A DNA stretch of 64,000 bases, from positions 5,849-69,848 of the forward strand of contig JANYEC010000026.1 in assembly GCA_025363295.1 (NCBI GenBank), given 5' to 3'. This stretch comes from Akkermansiaceae bacterium. Its GTDB lineage: Bacteria > Verrucomicrobiota > Verrucomicrobiia > Verrucomicrobiales > Akkermansiaceae. Positions 1 to 8,501 of the stretch are shown here, piece after piece. The position numbers and the translations under genes were made by a program. Numbering within the stretch: position 1 is the first letter of the stretch; every line of letters starts with the position of its first letter. Below the pieces are notes generated by a model, which saw only the letters and a list, made by a program, of their open reading frames with translations, was not told where the DNA came from and did not search any database.

Positions 1-2
1 AT

Positions 3-224
3 GCAGAGTTCGCACAGCCAGTTGGACGCGCAGATTTACCGCTATCCGTAGGAGACTGGCTGATCACTCTGATAGTGCTCGCGATTCCCATCTTGAATAT
101 CGTCCTTTACCTTTACTGGGCGTTCTTCAGCAACGGCAACAAAGGGCGGGTCAACTTCTGTCGAGCCTCATTAATTCTGATGCTCGTCGGGCTCTTCCTC
201 GTGGCAGTGCTCAGTCTCCACTGA
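3..224 (+). CDS. 3' part of small membrane protein (integron cassette ORF), 5'-truncated by window edge
   Basis: Frame 3 reads AEFAQPVGRADLPLSVGDWLITLIVLAIPILNIVLYLYWAFFSNGNKGRVNFCRASLILMLVGLFLVAVLSLH*. The hydrophobic SVGDW..IP..N..WAF..N..R.NF pattern is typical of a small membrane protein family. The stop lies just upstream of the attC site. Confidence 0.65.
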   Translation, partial: AEFAQPVGRADLPLSVGDWLITLIVLAIPILNIVLYLYWAFFSNGNKGRVNFCRASLILMLVGLFLVAVLSLH

Positions 225-252
225 CGGGCGGTCCACCCCAAAGATAAGAACC

Positions 253-379
253 AGCGAACAAGGCGCATCGTGCAACCACTACCAGCCGTTCAGTTTCAAT
301 GATTTCACCTGACTATAACCCTAAGTCCGTGATCGCCACGCGCCCACGCTGGTAGTGGTGCATGCGCTCATCGTTCGGT
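253..379 (+). other. attC-like integron cassette recombination site
   Basis: R'' box AGCGAAC (253-259) and R' box GTTCGGT (373-379) flank the imperfect inverted repeat GAACAAGGCGCATCGTGCAACCACTACCAGC ... GCTGGTAGTGGTGCATGCGCTCATCGTTC, which has unpaired bases. It lies between the stop of one ORF and the start of the next. Confidence 0.8.
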
Positions 380-388
380 AGAAATAAT

Positions 389-1300
389 ATGCTTTCCATT
401 GAAGAAATGCGTCGTGCATTGGAAGTCCGCTTAGGGCGTTCTCCAAGCGTGCGTCAAGTCATCGGGCGAGAGCATTATTACCTACAAGACCCCCTTGTCA
501 GCCACGTCCAACGCGGAGATCACAAGTTCCGGTTCGATTATCGTAACGGATTGCTGGTCGATCTGGAGCAGGAAGCAATATACTTCTCTCTCATGCATTG
601 TCCCGCTGTGACCAAGCATTTCAAAGGAAATTTCGATTTCAATCGCTTTCTAGCCATTCTCGAACACACGCGATTTTGGAGAGATCGGCACGTTCTTGGA
701 TGGTCATCAGTCGCAGATCAGAAGGACGTTTGGATCATCGAAGAAGACCACAGCATATTCAAAGAGGCTTTATTGCGCTGTGATGCCGAGTGGGGATTGC
801 CGAAGGATTTGTTTTTTGGTCTTGATCGACGACGGCACACCAATCCCAGCGGGAAGCGTGGCAACTACTTTTCGACTTTGATTGGATATATCGACAGAAT
901 CAACTCTGCGGATGAATTGTTGAATGAAGTCATGCCCTTGCTTGGATGGTGTCTCCCTTCGGAACAGCATCCCGGTCGTGTCGCGTCATTGGCAGCTTCT
1001 TTGCGCGGTGCGGGCATTGCCGAACGATGTGAGTTCTCGTCCATTACAGGAGCTCCATCTGATTTCTATCAGGCCGAGTGCAGCGGCAGAATCGAAGGCG
1101 CACACATCAAGCCTCACGCACAAGGTGGTGGTGCTGGGTGTGACAACGGACTCTGGCTTTGCAATTCCCATCATCGCATGTCTGAGGGAAGGATTTCTGG
1201 AACTCGTAAGGTAACGCGATGGAAAGGAAGAGTCGAATCGGGTCGAGGTGACGGGATTGCGCCCGTCATCCCTCCCACACCACCGGACATGCGGGTTTGA
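389..1300 (+). CDS. HNH endonuclease domain protein (cassette ORF); last ~21 codons come from the inserted intron
   Basis: C-terminal EGAHIKPHAQGGGAGCDNGLWLCNSHH matches the HNH_2-type H...N...H motif. ATG 389 follows the attC R' box (the track start at 362 lies inside attC). Confidence 0.75.
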   Translation: MLSIEEMRRALEVRLGRSPSVRQVIGREHYYLQDPLVSHVQRGDHKFRFDYRNGLLVDLEQEAIYFSLMHCPAVTKHFKGNFDFNRFLAILEHTRFWRDRHVLGWSSVADQKDVWIIEEDHSIFKEALLRCDAEWGLPKDLFFGLDRRRHTNPSGKRGNYFSTLIGYIDRINSADELLNEVMPLLGWCLPSEQHPGRVASLAASLRGAGIAERCEFSSITGAPSDFYQAECSGRIEGAHIKPHAQGGGAGCDNGLWLCNSHHRMSEGRISGTRKVTRWKGRVESGRGDGIAPVIPPTPPDMRV

Positions 1301-1369
1301 CTGCGTTCCTCCGTCCATGCGGGCAGGCTTCGCGGTTTTTTTCCGAGCCGCTACAGCGGCCATGGCATT
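1299..1369 (-). repeat. ~71-bp inserted element, copy 1 (in intron domain V loop)
   Basis: Splits domain V. Shares A.TGCC-N3-GCCGC-N4-GCGGC...GCGAAGC-N3-CCCGCA...GGAGGA with copy 2. Confidence 0.65.
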
Positions 1370-1386
1370 GCATCCGGCGGTTTCTA

Positions 1387-1788
1387 TCAGACGACGGAAG
1401 CAGGCCGTGACCTTTCTCCGTAGTGCAGTTTGATCCAGATTTCCCTCATCTCTGGAACCCCTTGTTCCTTCAGCCATCGGTTGTTGAGGCATTGATGCAC
1501 GATCTTGTTAGAGCTCATGCGCCAGTATCTTTTTCGGCTCCGGGTTGCCATGTGAACCTTCTTGGGATTCGCCCCCAACTTTAGTAGGTTTCGCCTTCGC
1601 GTGCGCGGCCTTTTCCACTTTTTATCCTCCCTGCGGAACGATCTGCGGGATCGCTTCGCATTGGATTGAGGCCGCCATCGCGGCTGGGGCAGTCCAATAG
1701 TATCACCTGACTCGCCTTCTCATCCATTCATCCAGTTCCAAAACTTCGCGGTAGGTGTGGCTGATCCCGAAGTAGTTTGAGCTGCCAC
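1387..1788 (-). pseudogene. ltrA: group II intron reverse transcriptase/maturase C-terminal fragment, disrupted
   Basis: NYFGISHTYREVLELDEWMRRRVR*YYW, then a 70-bp insert, then KKWKRPRTRRRNLLKLGANPKKVHMATRSRKRYWRMSSNKIVHQCLNNRWLKEQGVPEMREIW. This is the class C IEP X-domain pattern, with an internal stop and a frameshift. Confidence 0.85.
1624..1693 (-). repeat. 70-bp inserted element, copy 2 (in RT coding fragment)
   Basis: Sits exactly between the codons for YYW and KKW and shifts the frame. Same motif order as copy 1. Confidence 0.7.
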
Positions 1789-1789
1789 G

Positions 1790-1922
1790 AGTGTCTCGTA
1801 AAACTCACAATGACGAATGGGGAGGTGGCGAAGCATCGTTGGGGAGCACACGCGAGGGCGCGTGTGCTCCCCAAGATTTTGAACCTTCGCGGCATCTACC
1901 CACTACTACTATACGAGACACT
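1790..1922. mobile_element. MITE-like element (133 bp)
   Basis: Perfect 11-bp terminal inverted repeats AGTGTCTCGTA (1790-1800) / TACGAGACACT (1912-1922). Internal perfect 16-bp stem TTGGGGAGCACACGCG-AGGG-CGCGTGTGCTCCCCAA (1839-1874). Abuts the truncation point of the intron. Confidence 0.6.
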
Positions 1923-2144
1923 AGTTGGCTTCCGCGTATTTCAAGCGGGGCTGATAGCCTTGGGTCCCCCAGACGGCGACGATGTCTTCGATGACGTCTT
2001 CCAACCAGACGCGCTCGCCCGCCGGGGATGACGGGTTTCACCAAGGGCCGGAATCCGTCACTGGCCGCCTTGTTGATCGCCTTTTTCGTGCGGCGGTGTG
2101 AATAATCCGCAGGTGGTTGGTCGGACATGACAATGGCATTGAGT

Positions 2145-2711
2145 TCATTTCCTCCTCGTCATCCCCGGAGGCAGGCCATCGGATTTGGGATCGGGTTGAG
2201 TGGTGGTGGCACCCTCGCCGGGACCGGGGGAGAACCATTTGAGTTGGGCGCTCTCGAGTGCAGTCCATTTTCCGCCCGTTTGTTCTACGGTGATGCCGGA
2301 GGGAAACAGGCCGTGGCCGAAGAGTTGCCATTTATCCCAAGCATTTGTTTTGCGGTTCCAAGTGCGGCTGGCATCGCATGACAGGGAGACAAAACAGCGT
2401 TTCGAAATGCCGTTGAGCTTGTCCGCGTCGTTGACGGGCTGGCTTGTGATGGATTTGATCACAAGCCCTTTCCACTCGACTTGCTGATTTCCGGAGACGG
2501 AGCAGATAGCGGTCTGGCTGCCGTCAGGGTGGAAGGTGACGTGTTTGTTCAGCAGTCCCGTGGCGGCAGCGAGGGCATCGGATTGGTCCTTCTCAGAAAC
2601 CGGTGCAAGACTTAAGAAGGCGGATTTCACCCCTTGGGCAAACATTTTCGCAGGATCGATCTGGGCGTAAGCGGTGGCGGCCAAGATATACAGCAATGGC
2701 AAGAATCTCAT
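2145..2711 (-). CDS. secreted hypothetical protein
   Basis: 188-aa ORF with signal peptide MRFLPLLYILAATAYA; no family recognised. Confidence 0.7.
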   Translation of the reverse strand: MRFLPLLYILAATAYAQIDPAKMFAQGVKSAFLSLAPVSEKDQSDALAAATGLLNKHVTFHPDGSQTAICSVSGNQQVEWKGLVIKSITSQPVNDADKLNGISKRCFVSLSCDASRTWNRKTNAWDKWQLFGHGLFPSGITVEQTGGKWTALESAQLKWFSPGPGEGATTTQPDPKSDGLPPGMTRRK

Positions 2712-2921
2712 GGCGGGAGGAAACCTTCATTGGTTAGGAAAAGCAATCCGCATCTGGAAAGGTGTGCCTTTGAGCATCGCCAAATGAAAAACGCCCTCGG
2801 GATATAAATGAGGAGCCACGACGCTCCTTACTTCGTGAGCCGATGGGTGGAGAAACGGAAGCGCCAGAGCCACCCGGCTTTCGCAAATCATCGACTGGCG
2901 AAATGAATTTCGCGGTCTGGC

Positions 2922-3740
2922 TTATTTCTGGCAGACTGGGCACCAGTAGGTGGCGCGCTGGCCTAACACGGCGTGGCGGATCGGCGCGCCGCAAACGCGA
3001 CAGGGCTCATTTTTTCTATCATAAACATAGAGCCGTTGTTTGAAATAGCCCGGCTCGCCATCAGAGTTTAGGAAATCCCGCAAGGTGGTGCCGCCTTCTT
3101 GGATTGCATCGGTTAGAACCGCGCGGATTGCTGCGACGAGCTTTGTAATCCGTGGTTTCGAAAGCTTGTTCGCTGGCGTCTGGGGGCGAATGCCCGCGCG
3201 AAACAGAGATTCCGACGCGTAGATGTTTCCCACGCCCACTACAACTTTCGAATCCATGATTACCTGCTTAATCGCGGCGGAACGTTTCTGGCAGAAACCG
3301 TGCAGATAGGATTCGGTGAATTCGTTTTCCAAAGGCTCAGGGCCTAGAGAACTTAACAAAACATGCGACATCGGATCATTTTCTGTCAGACGCAGCACCA
3401 ACCCGAAGCGCCGGGGATCATGAAAACGCAGTTGCTTGCCATTTTCTAACCTAATACCCACATGGTCATGTTTTTTCCAAACATCCGCCGGGTCGATCAC
3501 CCGCAGACTGCCCGACATACCCAGATGAATCAGCAGCGTCGTGCCATCATCGATGTCTAGCAACAGGTATTTCGAACGTCGCCGCACCGCAAGGATGCAT
3601 CGCCCTTCGAGAATGATAATGCAGGGAGAAACCGGTTGGCGCAAATCGTATCGGCGCACGATGACTTCTGTGACACGCGCACCCACCACGTGCGGCTCAA
3701 TTCCCCGGCGGGTGGTTTCGACTTCGGGGAGTTCGGGCAT
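2922..3740 (-). CDS. mutM: formamidopyrimidine-DNA glycosylase
   Basis: N-terminal PELPEVE, HLGMSG, GVGNIYASE (H2TH) and C-terminal zinc finger CRVC...CPVCQ. Confidence 0.97.
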   Translation of the reverse strand: MPELPEVETTRRGIEPHVVGARVTEVIVRRYDLRQPVSPCIIILEGRCILAVRRRSKYLLLDIDDGTTLLIHLGMSGSLRVIDPADVWKKHDHVGIRLENGKQLRFHDPRRFGLVLRLTENDPMSHVLLSSLGPEPLENEFTESYLHGFCQKRSAAIKQVIMDSKVVVGVGNIYASESLFRAGIRPQTPANKLSKPRITKLVAAIRAVLTDAIQEGGTTLRDFLNSDGEPGYFKQRLYVYDRKNEPCRVCGAPIRHAVLGQRATYWCPVCQK

Positions 3741-3743
3741 AAT

Positions 3744-4394
3744 TCAAGGAAGAACGTAAAGCATCACCGCCAGCACATGACAGACACTCCCACCTAACAC
3801 AAACAAATGCCAGATGGCATGATTGAACGGCAGTCGGTTCCAGGCATAGAAAACAATTCCGAATGAATAGGTAAAACCACCGGCGACCAGAAGCCATACG
3901 CCAGGAGATGGCATTTCGCGGATCAGCGGCTTCATCGCAAATAATATCAGCCAGCCCATCGCCAGATAGAGCGCAGTGGAAATCCAGTGGGATTTTTTCT
4001 CCTTCCGCAGGGTTTTCACTAACACCCCTACAATCGCCAGTGACCAAACGATGCCAAAAAGCCACCATCCCGATGCGCCGTGCAGAGTGACGAGGGTGAC
4101 CGGCGTGTAGGACCCGGCGATGAGCAGATAGATGCACGCATGATCTAATACTTGAAAGTGCGCCTTCCACCGCGGCGAGGTGAAGCAGTGATAGAGCGTG
4201 GATGATAGATACAACACAATCAGGGAAAGCCCGAAAACCACTGCAGCCACAATTTTTAATGGTTCCCTCCCAGCAAGGACGATCATGATGACCAATGCGA
4301 CGATGCTCAAAAGTGTCCCCGCGGCGTGGGTCAGCATGCTCGCCACCTCTTCGCGATGGGAGTCACACAAATGAGAACGATCAGAAGTTTGCAA
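3744..4394 (-). CDS. hemolysin III / PAQR family membrane protein (start uncertain; track ORF extends to 4577)
   Basis: EEVASMLTH, SSTLYH, LDHACIYLLIAGSYTP and HAIWHLFV motifs; multiple TM segments. Confidence 0.92.
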   Translation of the reverse strand: MQTSDRSHLCDSHREEVASMLTHAAGTLLSIVALVIMIVLAGREPLKIVAAVVFGLSLIVLYLSSTLYHCFTSPRWKAHFQVLDHACIYLLIAGSYTPVTLVTLHGASGWWLFGIVWSLAIVGVLVKTLRKEKKSHWISTALYLAMGWLILFAMKPLIREMPSPGVWLLVAGGFTYSFGIVFYAWNRLPFNHAIWHLFVLGGSVCHVLAVMLYVLP

Positions 4395-4554
4395 AATAAA
4401 TCTGTGCCCCCTCTCAGTGCCGCAGGACGCGCCGCTTGTCCAGCCGATGCATGAAGTCGGTTCAGCCCTTCGAGGTGTCGTTTTCCCGAATATGACTGCA
4501 AAACACCCGATGCTTGCGCTCCGGCCACTGGAGTCGTAAATACCGTGCGTCCCA

Positions 4555-6243
4555 ATGCCAAACCCCTCCGTCTTCATCAGCTATGCGAGAGCGGACGAGG
4601 CGACGGCTTATCGCATTTGCGAAGAACTCGAACACCGTGCCATTTCCTGCTGGATCGCTCCCCGCAACGTGCCACCGGGGATGGATTATGGGCAGGCAAT
4701 CATGGACGGCATCAAAAATTGCCCGGTGATGCTCGTGATGCTTTCTGAGGATTCCGGGCAATCTCGATACGTCGGCCGCGAAGTGGAACGCGCCGTCACC
4801 CACGATGCCAAATTGCTGCCGGTTCGACTCGCAAACATCCAAATTCCCGAACGCTTGGAATTTTTTCTAGGCTCCTGCCAATGGTTCGATCTTTTCCATC
4901 CACAAGATGAGCGCCGCTTGGCGGATTTGTGTGACTCCGTAAGCCGCTTGCTGGACCCAGGAAGCCGACCACCTGTTAGCTATGAGGGAAAGCCAAAAAC
5001 AATCGCTCCATCCCCCTCCACCCCAGCGAAAGGATCGCGGAAAATCATCGCCTCGCTTGCACTTCTCGCCGTCTTGCTTTCAGCAGGATTGGCGTGGAAA
5101 TTTCTCCCTCGTGGCCCATCTCAACCGGGATCACTCACTGATCCTATCCATGCCAAAGTCGCTCTGATAGGTCCTGAAAATGGCGCGAACTGCCTGGGCA
5201 GCACCCAGCTTGAATGGTCCGAAACTGGCCTCCAAGAATCTCTGCTCGATGGCTTCGAGGTGGAGATCACTCAGCCCGGAAAGCTGCCTGTGGTGAACCG
5301 CACCGGCATCCGTTATTCCTTCCGGCCTCAACAGATTTCCGGCGAATTGGACTGGCGTGTCCGGCCAATTTACAACGATGGCAAGTTCGGGAAATGGAGC
5401 GAGCAGCGGAAAATCATCCAAGATCAGGACGCCCTCAGCCGCATCCTCCGCACCCATGAGCTGCACCTAGGCCATGCCGAGAGCGGCAACAATTTCATCA
5501 ATGGCGAAAGCGCCACCTTGAGCGGCTTCGATGTTGATCTAGCAAAGGAGCTCATCACCCGCATCCTCCGCCGTCGTGATCCCTCGGCCACTCTCAAGCT
5601 GGTCCCGCACGCCACCCGCTGGACCCGCCCCGGACCCGATGGGAAACCTATCTATTTCCTGGGCCTGCTCCAGCGCGACGAGTCGGTGGACATCCTCGCA
5701 TCCGGCATCTCTATCACCTCCCAGCGCGAGCGGGACGGACTGGCCTTCACCACGCCCGTCCTCATCTATCCACAGACCCTGATCACCCCGAAAAATGCGC
5801 CGGGATTTAACGATGGAAAGCCTGTGTTCCAAAAGCTCGGTGCCGTCGATGGTACCACGAACATGGTGCTCGCCCACCAAATCGAGAAGAATGCCCAGGA
5901 CGTCACCGTGTTGCCTTTCACCGGCTCTGGAGCCCATGAGAAAATGCTCGAAGCCCTCTTCGAATCCCGCCAGATCGACGCTTGTCTCGTCGATAAACCC
6001 CTCGCCATCAAAAAGATTAAAAGCTTCCAAGGTAACGACGCCGACGTGGAATACAATGCCATTGATATCCGCGAGTTAGACGGTAAGTCCATCGCGCCCG
6101 AGCGCATCGGCTTCGCCCTCCGTCCGGGCGACAAGGCACTACGCGAAGCACTCAACCGTGAGATTGCGGACACGACCGAGCTCCGCCGCGATCTCGTGAA
6201 AAAGTATTTCCCCATGCTCGATCCGCTAACGGAAGTCCCCTAA
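4555..6243 (+). CDS. TIR domain - TM - FN3/Ig-like - family 3 solute-binding domain protein
   Basis: N-terminal VFISYARAD...WIAPRNVPPG.DY...SRYVGREVERA (TIR_2), TM IIASLALLAVLLSAGLAW, beta-rich LEW...WRVRP...GKWS segment, then GFDVDLAKEL...SITSQRE...GFALRPGD (SBP_bac_3-like). Confidence 0.85.
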   Translation: MPNPSVFISYARADEATAYRICEELEHRAISCWIAPRNVPPGMDYGQAIMDGIKNCPVMLVMLSEDSGQSRYVGREVERAVTHDAKLLPVRLANIQIPERLEFFLGSCQWFDLFHPQDERRLADLCDSVSRLLDPGSRPPVSYEGKPKTIAPSPSTPAKGSRKIIASLALLAVLLSAGLAWKFLPRGPSQPGSLTDPIHAKVALIGPENGANCLGSTQLEWSETGLQESLLDGFEVEITQPGKLPVVNRTGIRYSFRPQQISGELDWRVRPIYNDGKFGKWSEQRKIIQDQDALSRILRTHELHLGHAESGNNFINGESATLSGFDVDLAKELITRILRRRDPSATLKLVPHATRWTRPGPDGKPIYFLGLLQRDESVDILASGISITSQRERDGLAFTTPVLIYPQTLITPKNAPGFNDGKPVFQKLGAVDGTTNMVLAHQIEKNAQDVTVLPFTGSGAHEKMLEALFESRQIDACLVDKPLAIKKIKSFQGNDADVEYNAIDIRELDGKSIAPERIGFALRPGDKALREALNREIADTTELRRDLVKKYFPMLDPLTEVP

Positions 6244-6302
6244 CATAATTGGGATGGACGCTTGGTGATTTCCCCAGGCTCTCGCCGAAAGGGCAGCTTC
6301 AA

Positions 6303-6704
6303 TTACTCTTCCAAAAGCACTTCCGAAGTGATTAGTAAGATGACTCGATCTTCCACAAAAGCTCGGCCTTCGATGACTACCTTGTTCATCCGAGGGACCA
6401 ATTCAACGATTTTGACTTCGAGAAGGACATCATCTCCGGGGCGCGCCGCTGCCTTAAATCGAACGTTCAGTGATCGCGCCACGGACCCCTGACCTGGCAG
6501 CTTGGTGGCGAGCAACGCGGAGAAAAACCCCACCAGCAAGACCCCGTGTGCAATGATCCCGCCAAACCGCGGCTCGGCATAAGCCGGGTCGGTGTGCAAC
6601 GGATTATGGTCTCCGGTGACGTCCGCAAAAGCGGCGATGAGTTCAGGAGTGATGCGAACGGTCTGGCTGGCCGTCTGGCCGATAACGAGTTCTGAGTATT
6701 TCAT
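6303..6704 (-). CDS. MaoC family (R)-specific enoyl-CoA hydratase
   Basis: FADVTGDHNPLHTD and IAHG motifs. Confidence 0.9.
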   Translation of the reverse strand: MKYSELVIGQTASQTVRITPELIAAFADVTGDHNPLHTDPAYAEPRFGGIIAHGVLLVGFFSALLATKLPGQGSVARSLNVRFKAAARPGDDVLLEVKIVELVPRMNKVVIEGRAFVEDRVILLITSEVLLEE

Positions 6705-6924
6705 AATAGAGGAAATTTACGCAAAATCAGTCGGCTTTTGAGGGCCTGACTCTGCGCGAGTTTTGGGTAGTAAAAGCAAAGGATAAAGTAAGATGTGCAA
6801 TGGAATCACAGAGGCCGCACAAATTTGAAACATAAAACTACTCCCGAACAAGATTTCCAACGAGACATCACTAGCATTCCTGATTTATAGTCAAGCCACT
6901 CCTACGAACAACCTCGAAACCACC

Positions 6925-7416
6925 ATGTCCATCAAAGTCGGCGATCAAGCCCCAGATTTCACCCTCGTCAGCCAAACTGCCGAAGGCCCGCAGCTCGTTA
7001 CACTGAGCACCCTCATTGGAAAATCTAACATCGTTCTGCTTTTCGTGCCGATGGCCTTCACCGGCGGTTGCACGACGGAGTTTTGCGAGATTTCCGCTGG
7101 GATTTCCGAATACACCGCGCTTGACGCCACGGTGCTCGGCATTTCCGGAGACAATCCTTTTGCGCAAGAGGCGTGGGCGAAACAAGAGGGTATCACTCTC
7201 AGCTTGCTCAGTGACTATGATCACGCGGTTACCGAAGCCTACGGCGTGGCTTACAAACAATTTCTACCAGAAAAAAATCTAATCATGGGCGGCGTCTCGA
7301 AGCGCTCGGCCTTCGTGATCGATAAGGCAGGCATCATCCAATATGCTGAGGTGCAAGAGCATCCGAAGGACATGCCAAACTTTGAGGCGATCAAGGCGAC
7401 TCTTCGCGGTCTGTGA
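6925..7416 (+). CDS. peroxiredoxin / redoxin (AhpC-TSA family)
   Basis: VGDQAPDFTL, FVPMAFTGGCTTEFC (peroxidatic Cys), RSAFVIDK. Confidence 0.92.
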   Translation: MSIKVGDQAPDFTLVSQTAEGPQLVTLSTLIGKSNIVLLFVPMAFTGGCTTEFCEISAGISEYTALDATVLGISGDNPFAQEAWAKQEGITLSLLSDYDHAVTEAYGVAYKQFLPEKNLIMGGVSKRSAFVIDKAGIIQYAEVQEHPKDMPNFEAIKATLRGL

Positions 7417-7526
7417 TGTGTTGAAAATCGTGATTCTGAAAAATCAGCCGCCGGGGTATTTGCTCTAGCGGCCTTTTTCTAGCAAAAAACCAACACCTTG
7501 CGCCACCCCTCGCAAAGTCATTTTCG

Positions 7527-8501
7527 TTGAAACGCTTTTTCCAATCTGAGGCGGGTGCTGCCGTGGTGTGGGTTCTTTCTTCTCTACTGTTAGCAGCCAT
7601 TCTCGCACCATGGGTTTATCAAGGAGGTAAAGCTCTGGCTGCGGCAGCAGCATCGCAAGACCTTCCTGGGCTTCTGGAGTGGCTGGGCGCCGCTTGTGGG
7701 AAATCCAAGTTTGCTAGATTTTACAGCCGCTCCCTGTCATTTTCCGCATTGGTATTCTTGCCTTTCCTCTACCGCCGCATTCGGCAACTGCGTGTTGGAG
7801 ATGACCATAGAAAATCCACGAATGCGCTAACACCGTGGAAATCCGCTCCGCTTCAAATTCTAACAGGAATTCTGATTTCGGCTGGCCTGCTCTTGATCTT
7901 GGTCATGGTGCTTCGGGAGCTCCGCGTTTACACGCTCGACCCCGATCCTCCGAGACTCCCCAAATTCCTCGCGGCAGTTCTCATTCCCACGGTGGCGGCA
8001 TCGCTCATGGAGGAATGGGTGTTTCGCGGACTTCTCTTAGGTCTGTGGTTGAAATCCTCACGCCCGCTGATGGCGTGTGTGGGGACCTCGCTCCTTTTCG
8101 CGTTTCTGCATTTTCTGGAGCCACCAGTCGGGTTCGCCATTCTTGATCCAAGTGCCCCAACGGCGGGCTTTCAACTGTTAGGCCGCATCCTTTTTCACTT
8201 CGCGGATCCCCAGTTTTTCGTGACAGATTTCGCCACGCTGTTTGTCGTGGGAATGATCCTCGCCTGGGCGCGGTTGCGTACGGGGGCGCTGTGGTTTTCG
8301 ATCGGACTTCATGCCGGTTGGGTCATGGTGTTCAAGATTTGCAATCTACTTTATGTCGATACCCCGGATCACCCTTTGCACCCGTGGGGAGTGGGAAAAA
8401 ACATCCGCTCTGGTTTGTTACCGATGATTACACTAGGGCTTACTGCCGTGCTTTGCCACTTCGCTCTGAGGCGCTTTGGGACGCAGCGAAAAAGCGTCTA
8501 A
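7527..8501 (+). CDS. CPBP (Abi/CAAX) family intramembrane metalloprotease
   Basis: EEWVFRG, FAFLH and IGLHAGW motifs; multi-TM. TTG start. Confidence 0.88.
   Translation: MKRFFQSEAGAAVVWVLSSLLLAAILAPWVYQGGKALAAAAASQDLPGLLEWLGAACGKSKFARFYSRSLSFSALVFLPFLYRRIRQLRVGDDHRKSTNALTPWKSAPLQILTGILISAGLLLILVMVLRELRVYTLDPDPPRLPKFLAAVLIPTVAASLMEEWVFRGLLLGLWLKSSRPLMACVGTSLLFAFLHFLEPPVGFAILDPSAPTAGFQLLGRILFHFADPQFFVTDFATLFVVGMILAWARLRTGALWFSIGLHAGWVMVFKICNLLYVDTPDHPLHPWGVGKNIRSGLLPMITLGLTAVLCHFALRRFGTQRKSV

Larger units (their letters stand above)
1237..1789 (-). mobile_element. 3' remnant of a group IIC (attC-targeting) intron
   Basis: Minus strand shows the domain V halves GAAACCGCCGGATGC (1384-1370) and CCCGCATGTCCGGTGGT, and a domain VI hairpin ending ACCCGAT (A at -7, terminal AT). 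The 3' exon TCGAC completes an attC R''-like box. RT thumb/X-domain fragments lie upstream. Confidence 0.85.

Noticed and set aside
1920-2128. Possible frameshifted ~69-aa ORF on the minus strand (MSDQPPADY...PVIPG +1 GERVWLEDVIEDIVAVWGTQGYQPRLKYAEAN*) ending at the MITE
   Set aside because: No family recognised; the join needs an assumed frameshift in a C/G run; cannot be supported without homologues.
4555-6704. Thoeris or other TIR-based defence operon
   Set aside because: No ThsA/SIR2/Macro, STING, CBASS or Argonaute partner is adjacent; the neighbours are hemolysin III and MaoC.
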